Source: Lama guanicoe (lineage: Eukaryota). From it: 27,601 bases of DNA. The notes beneath the pieces are model-generated. The model was not told the DNA's origin and ran no database searches. It saw nothing but the letters and a program-made list of their open reading frames with translations. The position numbers and the translations under genes are program-made. This document shows, piece by piece, positions 21,475 through 27,601 of this stretch. Position 1 is the stretch's first letter; each line of letters opens with the position of its first letter. The DNA is taken from NCBI GenBank assembly GCA_013239625.1, contig MU053881.1, forward strand, positions 10,253,957 to 10,281,557. Reading direction: 5' to 3'.

Positions 21475-22505
21475 TTCCCACCATGACCTACCCAGCCCTG
21501 AATTATCTGGTTTCTATTTATGCTCCAATATTATTACATATTCCTGTCTCCATCCTCCACCTTTAGGCTACACTGGTCTTTTGATAATTTCTAGAACATT
21601 CCAAGATCTTTCCTGACTCAAAACTTTTGGTACCAAACTGTTGTCTCCACCTGTGATGGGCAGGCTCTACAATGCCCCCTGCCCTGCCATGAGCCCTACT
21701 TCTTTGACATTCAAACACTTGTTTAATCTCCTCCCCTGAGAGGAGTGGATCCAGTGATCAGTTTCTAATGAACAGAACAGAGCAAAGTGATGGACTGTCC
21801 CTTCTGTGATTAGGTTACAAAATACCAAGTGTTCTTTCTTGCTTACGCTGAGAAAAGCCAGCTGCAGGGTTGTGAGCCTCCCTGTGGAAAGGGCAATGTG
21901 GCAGGGCACTGAGGGACGTCAGAAGTCATTAAACAACTGACATCCTCAGTCCAATTGCTGGTGAGGATCTGAACTCTTGACTATATCCATGGACTGTATG
22001 TTGGAGCAAATCCTGCCCTAGCCGAGCCTTCAAAGGCCAACAGCATAACAGCAAATCCTAAGAGACTTTGGATCAGAGTCCCCCAGCAAAGCTGTGTCTA
22101 GATTCATGACCTGAAGAAACCATAAGCCATAAATGTGTGTTGTTTCAAGGCAGTAAGTTGAGAAGTATTTTGTTACGCAGGGACAGATAACTAACATGTC
22201 ACCTAAACCATTCTTCTCTTGGTCTTTGTATTCTCTTTCCCTTTCGTCCCTCTGAGCTTCAAAGTCAGCCTGTCAGTGATGACTGTCTCCTGATCACTCT
22301 ACATGAAGCAGACCACCCCCTACTCTCTCTTCCCTATCTAAAAACCTTTTACATTTCTTACTCGGTTACCAAGTGGCACATTTTCTACTTGTTTATAATA
22401 AAACTTAAACTTTGGGGGGGAGGGGTCTTATACTTTACTCATTCATAGTGTCTATCCCAGGGCCTAGTATTTAGTAAGATCTCAGCAAATACTTGCTGAA
22501 TGAAT
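21475..22505 (+). mobile_element. L2 LINE 3' region, split by a MaLR LTR (L2 pieces 21475-21651 and 22204-22505)
   Basis: 'ctacactggtctttt...ttctagaacattccaag...ctgttgtctccacc' resumes after the LTR as 'taaaccattcttctc', and ends 'gggcctagtatttagtaagatctcagcaaatacttgctgaatgaat'. Confidence 0.8.
21652..22198 (+). mobile_element. Solo MaLR LTR (MLT1F-like), full length
   Basis: 5' 'tgtgatgggcaggctctacaatgccccc', internal 'gtgatggactgtcccttctgtgattaggttac' and 'aagccagctgc', 3' 'taaatgtgtgttgtttcaag...ttgttacgcagggacagataactaacatg'. 5-bp TSD ccacc (21647-21651) / tcacc (22199-22203). Confidence 0.92.
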
Positions 22506-23634
22506 TATTAACCAAATCAAAAGTATACATAAACTACAAGAGTTCAGATTTTTTTTTAATGATAAGCATTTTATGATTGTTATAACTGGTAGTATTTGGG
22601 GTTATTAAAATGACTATGAATAAACAGAATATGATAGATATGTCATAAATATGTAATGAATTTCACATAAGCATTTATTTCAAATTTGTCCTTAAATGAT
22701 TTTGTGCCTGTTTAGGATTTATGGGGCTGACTTTATCGAATAATGAATGAAGTTATCTTCTGTGTATTTCAGAAACAAAGGAGGAAAGAAGCTGAGGCAA
22801 TGTTTCTGAAATATCTCTTGCCTTGTCCAACTTTAGGTTCCTCACAGAATAGTATTCACGGTTAGAATGTAAGACAAAGGTGTCCATACAATTTCTTACC
22901 CTCATTTTAAAAGCTAAATGGTTCATCCAAGTCACCCAGAGTTAAATTTTGCTATGTAAAGAAACATCAATAATTTTTGCGTCAGAGTTATAGATTTGTA
23001 AATCTAAGAATTAAGTTGTGGTGTTAAGATAACAGACCTTTTACATCCTAAAATGATTTGAAATACAACATTGTAAGAGGCATACATTCTTATTCCATTC
23101 ACGACAATAGGCTGAGCTACTGCCAAAATAATCTGTGGTTTGGATAACTTTACGTTGAGTTGAATAGAGGCTCAAATGGTAAAAACAAACCATGCAGGCC
23201 AAGGGTGAGACCCTTTCGAAAAATGTAGCAGAAGTGCTGAAGTAGTCTATAACTCTTAGATGTATCTCGTGTGAGATGAGGAATGATTTAAACAATAAAG
23301 CAAATCTAGAGAGAGGTTGAGACACTTCTCTTAACATGAAAATTAAATCATTGTACATCAATAACCATGTTCAGGAAAAAGTTCCAGAAAGCAGGGAAAG
23401 ACTATTATTCTCAGATTAGTGGTTTATTAAGCTCTTCTGAATTAAAAACTAATAGGTACTCAATAATTTAGAAACCCAATATAAAATGTTCCAGATAAAA
23501 TGAGAATAGAAAGTAAATTTTGGCAGAAAGCATAAAAATACTCATAACAGAAAAAATAAAGTAAAATATTACCTTCCTCTTGTTTCTAAAGCTATTTTAT
23601 ATTGCTTTTCAATAAAAAGAATATCATTATTTTT

Positions 23635-24060
23635 AAAAAAGTCAGACAGACAGAGTTATGTTTTTATCCTTTTCCTGCCACTTACCCACTAAGTGATTTC
23701 AACCACTTACTATTTTTTTGTTGTTCATTCCCAGGGCATGTAAAAGTTATACATTTAAAATATTGCTGTCTATTAAGAGTGAAATAACATTCATCTAAAA
23801 AATGTATATACCTTTTTTTTAGTATTTTTTTTATTGATTTATAATTATTTTACAGTGTTGTGTCAAATTCCAGTGTAGAGCACAATTTTTCAGTTATACA
23901 CGATCAACCACTTACTAAACATCCCTGAGCCACTATCTGTGAAATGAAAGAAAGAAAACTTTTCTCTGAGTTGATCTGAAGGCTAAATGAGCCCCTAAAT
24001 CCAAAGGTTCACACTGAGCACAGAACTTGTCACAAAATAAAGGCTCAATAAGATCACCTA
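23635..24060 (+). mobile_element. MIR SINE split by a young L1 insertion
   Basis: 'aagtcagacagac...cctgccacttac...gtgatttcaaccacttacta' continues after the insert as 'aacatccctgagcc..tatctgtgaaatg...gctaaatgag...gcacagaacttgtcacaaaataaaaggctcaataa'. Confidence 0.75.
23813..23903 (-). mobile_element. Young, severely 5'-truncated L1 3' end (cetartiodactyl type, camelid-like)
   Basis: Minus strand reads 'gtgtataactgaaaaattgtgctctacactggaatttgacacaacactgtaaaataattataaatcaataaaaaaaatactaaaaaaaa', an L1 3' terminus with AATAAA and an A-tail. The whole insert (23713-23903) is bounded by the TSD tcaaccacttacta. Confidence 0.85.
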
Positions 24061-26583
24061 CAGATTAAAAGGAATGGTTATCATTATCACCTTGGTATTA
24101 TTATTATTTATTACCACTCTCAAAATACAGAAGAGGAAAACTATCATGTCTATCTAACTCAATGGTAAAGAAAATTAGAATTATATTAGTATGTTGAGGT
24201 AGTACCACTGATCATAACTCATGAGTATGGGGGAAACCTTTGGAAAGCCCTCTGTGAGACATAAGCAATGTATCTGTATCACAAAGACTTTTCTACAATT
24301 TATTACTTCAAACAGTATGTATCAATCCATCATTATTTGGTTGCATAGCGTAAATACTTACGGAAATATTAGAGAAAATAAGCAATTGTATCAGTGATCT
24401 TTACATTTAAACCTAATTGCTCAATCTCTCCGGGAACAAAGAAACAGGTCTGAAGTCAACACAGCATTCTGTTTTATCCCTTAATATGAAATTAATGATT
24501 TCCAAGGTGACCTTAAATTTTGAATCACACTAGTGGTAACAGTTTTGATTATAGATCTGACTACAGATTTAACAATTTCAATATTCATTTTTACCAAGTT
24601 ACTATACGTGCCAAAAACGTATATTTGGTGTCTTCTACACTTAAAGACACTTAAGAGTTTCTTCTGATTATACTCTAGCTATCTGAACAGAACTATCTAC
24701 TGTTGCTTGACGTTTTTTTTTCACTGCTAGATCCCAAGGCAACATGAGTTAGAAAAAGAGTAAGAAAAACTATATTTCAACACAAACAAGGATGATGTTA
24801 ACCTTCAGGAAGAATCAGCTTGGTATAGTCATCATAAGACAGCAAATATGCAAATATCACGAAGAATTGCTGAAGAATGTTTCAGAAAAGTCAGCTGAGC
24901 TTGCTGAGTAAGAAAGGCTTTTTTGTTTGTAACAAGGGCTTATTTTAAAACATCGGTTTTTGAAAATTCATGACTCTGAAACAGCTACACTGCTGAAGAA
25001 GACAACATAGGAGCCTGGCTATAAAGTAAGCAAATAAATTAATAGTCTCATCAGAGTTTGCCTATAAAGACTGTTATTGGATGAGGAGAACAGGAAATCA
25101 CTGACGAAAAAGGAGTTAGAATGGAAACGTCACTCTCACAACATCAACCACACGAAGGTGCTCAGGAATCGGCAAATACAGTTACAGCGAAAATGTTTGG
25201 GATGAATGAGCTCAGCTTTGCTGGTGTTTTAGCTCGAAGTCCTGTCCCAGAATCTGCCTGCCCAGTTGTCACATGTCTTAATAATAACCTTCCACACCCT
25301 CTGACCACTCACTAGTGACTCTACTCAAGGAATAACTGATAATGGTCAGCTGTAGGCAAATCCCTGTTGGTCATTTTTATTGACTAGCATCCACCAAAAT
25401 TAGAACTATTCTTATACCAGATTGTGTCCAACTCATCTTGATACTACTTACCAATTTCCATGTCACATGGTTTCGATTTATCCTTTAACAGTTCTCACGG
25501 CTAAAGCAGAAAGAACCGAAATGCCTAGCTATCCATATTTATAAACAGGTCAACCTTAAGACTGTGATTTCCCTTGCATGAATCCCTTCCCTTCCATTGT
25601 TTCCAGGAGGAATTCAATGATAAGCATGAAGTAGGATCCCCAGGAGGTAGAGGTTCTTTTATAACAGTGAGAACATTCTTAAAGCCTACAGAGTTACACA
25701 AGAGAGGTTTCTCCCCCATCCACCTACCTAATTAGCCAGGAAGAGACAAAGAATAAAGAATCACTTTCTTCTGAAAATGCGTAACACTGGGGTGATGCAT
25801 ACCCCACTGTTCTATCCCTCTTACCTAGCTAGACACCGGTTTTTCAAAATAAGAAACAGAGAAAATTCTACTCACTGGAAAGAAAGATTTTTTTTCAGTT
25901 TACATTATACCACTTGCTCTAACTTACTGAATACAGTGAGACACGTAACCTTTTCTTGTCCTGTTATCACTCAAGAAAGAATCTATTTGGGCTTGATAAT
26001 GGCAATTATTAGCAATGATTTCAACTGAAGATCTTTTCTTAAAAATGTGGTTTAAAATTGATGTGTGATATACAAATGTCTATAGGAAAAAAAGCAAAAA
26101 AAATTTTTTTTAAATAAAAAACTTCCAAGAGATTTAGTTTCAAAATAGATAGCCTGATTCTTTGTAATATCTGTAATTAAAGTGTCTGAAGGGAACACAA
26201 CTACAATTATTGTGACTCACAACTCTCTATGGCATGAAATCACAGTAAGCAAAACCTTCAGTAAAACAGAAGTGCTGACTCTCAAAAGAAAAACAGTGAC
26301 TAACAATTGGAGGCTACACTTGGCAAATGAATCATTGCTTTACCAAGAGATGTTACTATGTAAAGTAGAAATGGGCACAGATGGATATTCAGTATCCTCT
26401 CAAATGTGAATCTGACTACTATTTAGATATAGTCTCATGGCTTCAGGATCATGTCATGACACTTCTTCTTACCTTTTCTTACTCTCCACTTTCGGAGACC
26501 TCCATTTTGAAGGCGTTCCCTGTTTATCTATATTCCTATTGTTAGGATTATGGTGATAAACCAGGAACAATTTTTCTCTATAT

Positions 26584-26738
26584 CAGTGCCTCTGAAACTT
26601 GAATGTGCATGGAGATCCCCTAGGGATCATGTTAAACTGCGGATTCTGATTCAGTCGGTCTGGGCTGGGGATAATGATTCTGCATTTCCGGGTGATGCTG
26701 ATACTGCTCACCCAAGGACCACACTTTGAGCAGGCTAG
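26584..26738. mobile_element. MER5A1-like hAT-Charlie MITE, full length
   Basis: 'cagtgcctctgaaacttgaatgtgcat...gttaaactgcggattctgattcagtcggtctggg...gattctgcatttc...ggaccacactttgagcag'. 8-bp TSD ctctatat (26576-26583) / ctctgtgt (26739-26746). Confidence 0.9.
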
Positions 26739-26939
26739 CTCTGTGTGACTTGGAGTAAGGTAAATGCAGTGTTACATAGGACCGGACAGAGAATCATTAG
26801 CCTTGTCAGTTATGACAATTAATGTCTTAAACAAAAGGAACTACAGTTATGATGATTCACAAACCCCCGAGAAGAAAGAAGTAACGAAGAACTGGACAAT
26901 AAACTCCACATTTCTAGTCTGATGACTGAGAACAAAATG

Positions 26940-27085
26940 CATTTCTCCAAGTACGTTTTCATTATGTCTATAATGGGGACAAAAATATGTACTTTATAAT
27001 ATCACGTGAAGATTAAATGAGATACCGTTTCGAAGGCACTTATCATGGTGGCTGGTACAGAGTAAGGGTTCAATGGCCATTACTC
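26940..27085 (+). mobile_element. MIR SINE, 3' half
   Basis: 'tctataatggggac...gtgaagattaaatgagata...gaaggcactta...gctggtacagagtaagggttcaat'. Confidence 0.8.
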
Positions 27086-27164
27086 ACCCACCACTGATAT
27101 TACTATCACTATCTTCCATCAATAAAATAGATTCTTGAAGACACGAGGAAGAAACCAGACCAGT

Positions 27165-27285
27165 GCATTCTCTATACAGATGATAAAACTGCAGCCCCAG
27201 CCGTGGAAGCGACTTGTCCAAGGTCATACAACAAATCAGTAGCAGAGCTAAGGCGTGAAACTGATCTTTTAAAAATCTAAGTCAT
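27165..27285 (-). mobile_element. MIR SINE core
   Basis: 'tacagatgataaaactgcagcc...aagcgacttgtccaaggtcataca...agtagcagagcta'. Confidence 0.8.
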
Positions 27286-27455
27286 GAATTCATTCACTCA
27301 AGTCATTCTTTCAGACATTTGAGTGTCAACCATCCGGAGTCACTATGCCGTCAACACAAAATGAGAACACATGACACCCTGCCTTCACAGAAACTTGAGG
27401 AACTGTTTTTCCACTAGGCAGGCACTGAAATGATTATACATAAAGAATACATTAA
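27286..27455 (-). mobile_element. L2 3' end, diverged
   Basis: 'aattcattcactcaa...catttgagtg...acaaaatgagaacacatgacaccctgccttcacagaaactt'. Confidence 0.6.
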
Positions 27456-27472
27456 TCAATTAATAATTTCTA

Positions 27473-27601
27473 GGAGAGAAGAGGCAAGATGGTGGAGTAG
27501 AAGGACGCTAGTAAGTCACCCTCTCCCATAAATACACCAAGACCCACATCTACAGACCCACTCGGCCAACCAGAGCACCTGCGGAACTCCGACAGAACAT
27601 C
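27473..27601 (+). mobile_element. 5' end (5'UTR/internal promoter) of a lineage-specific L1, truncated by the window edge
   Basis: Abrupt switch from AT-rich to GC-rich sequence. Purine-rich start 'ggagagaagagg', YY1-type 'caagatggtggag' (27485-27497), then 'tagaaggacgc...tcaccctctcccataaatacacc', the usual laurasiatherian L1 5' terminus. Preceded by an A/T-rich endonuclease-like site 'tt|aataatttcta'. Confidence 0.8.

Noticed and set aside
24780..25315. Purine-rich, coding-looking stretch as a processed pseudogene
   Set aside because: Stops interrupt the plus-strand frames I read, there is no poly(A)/TSD structure and I recognise no parent protein; a BLASTX would settle it.
451..26409. The supplied ORFs of 60-111 aa as protein-coding genes
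   Set aside because: All are short, many start at non-ATG codons, many lie in MIR, L2, LTR or microsatellite sequence, and none resembles a protein family I recognise. This is the background expected in mammalian non-coding DNA.
1..27601. CRISPR array, prokaryotic defence system, NUMT or endogenous viral coding sequence
   Set aside because: No regularly spaced repeats, no operon-like ORF density, and no mitochondrial or gag/pol/env similarity visible; both LTRs are solo.

Overview
This is AT-rich placental-mammal non-coding DNA, either an intron of a large gene or intergenic sequence. It is not microbial. I cannot support any protein-coding gene, rRNA, tRNA or CRISPR array, and none of the listed ORFs resembles a protein I recognise. 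Ancient interspersed repeats are frequent: about a dozen MIR SINEs, several L2 and L1M LINE fragments, hAT-Charlie MITEs (MER5/MER117-like, MER5A1, MER58A) and two solo LTRs (MER34-like ERV1 and MLT1F-like MaLR). There are also microsatellites and a 179-N assembly gap with G-rich flanks. Two young L1 pieces resemble camelid (camel/alpaca) L1 as I remember it, so that taxon call is an inference. The most clear-cut structure is a ~190-bp minus-strand L1 insertion at 23713-23903. It has a perfect 14-bp target-site duplication and carries ~93 bp of non-L1 DNA between two A-tails, consistent with an L1 3' transduction. The 5' end of a probably full-length young L1 begins at ~27473. Several repeat-free, CpG-retaining, motif-rich stretches look like enhancers, and two exon-like segments are flagged at low confidence. 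I do not see evidence for a novel biological system. Repeat family names come from recalled consensus sequences, not from a database search, and old-repeat boundaries are approximate.
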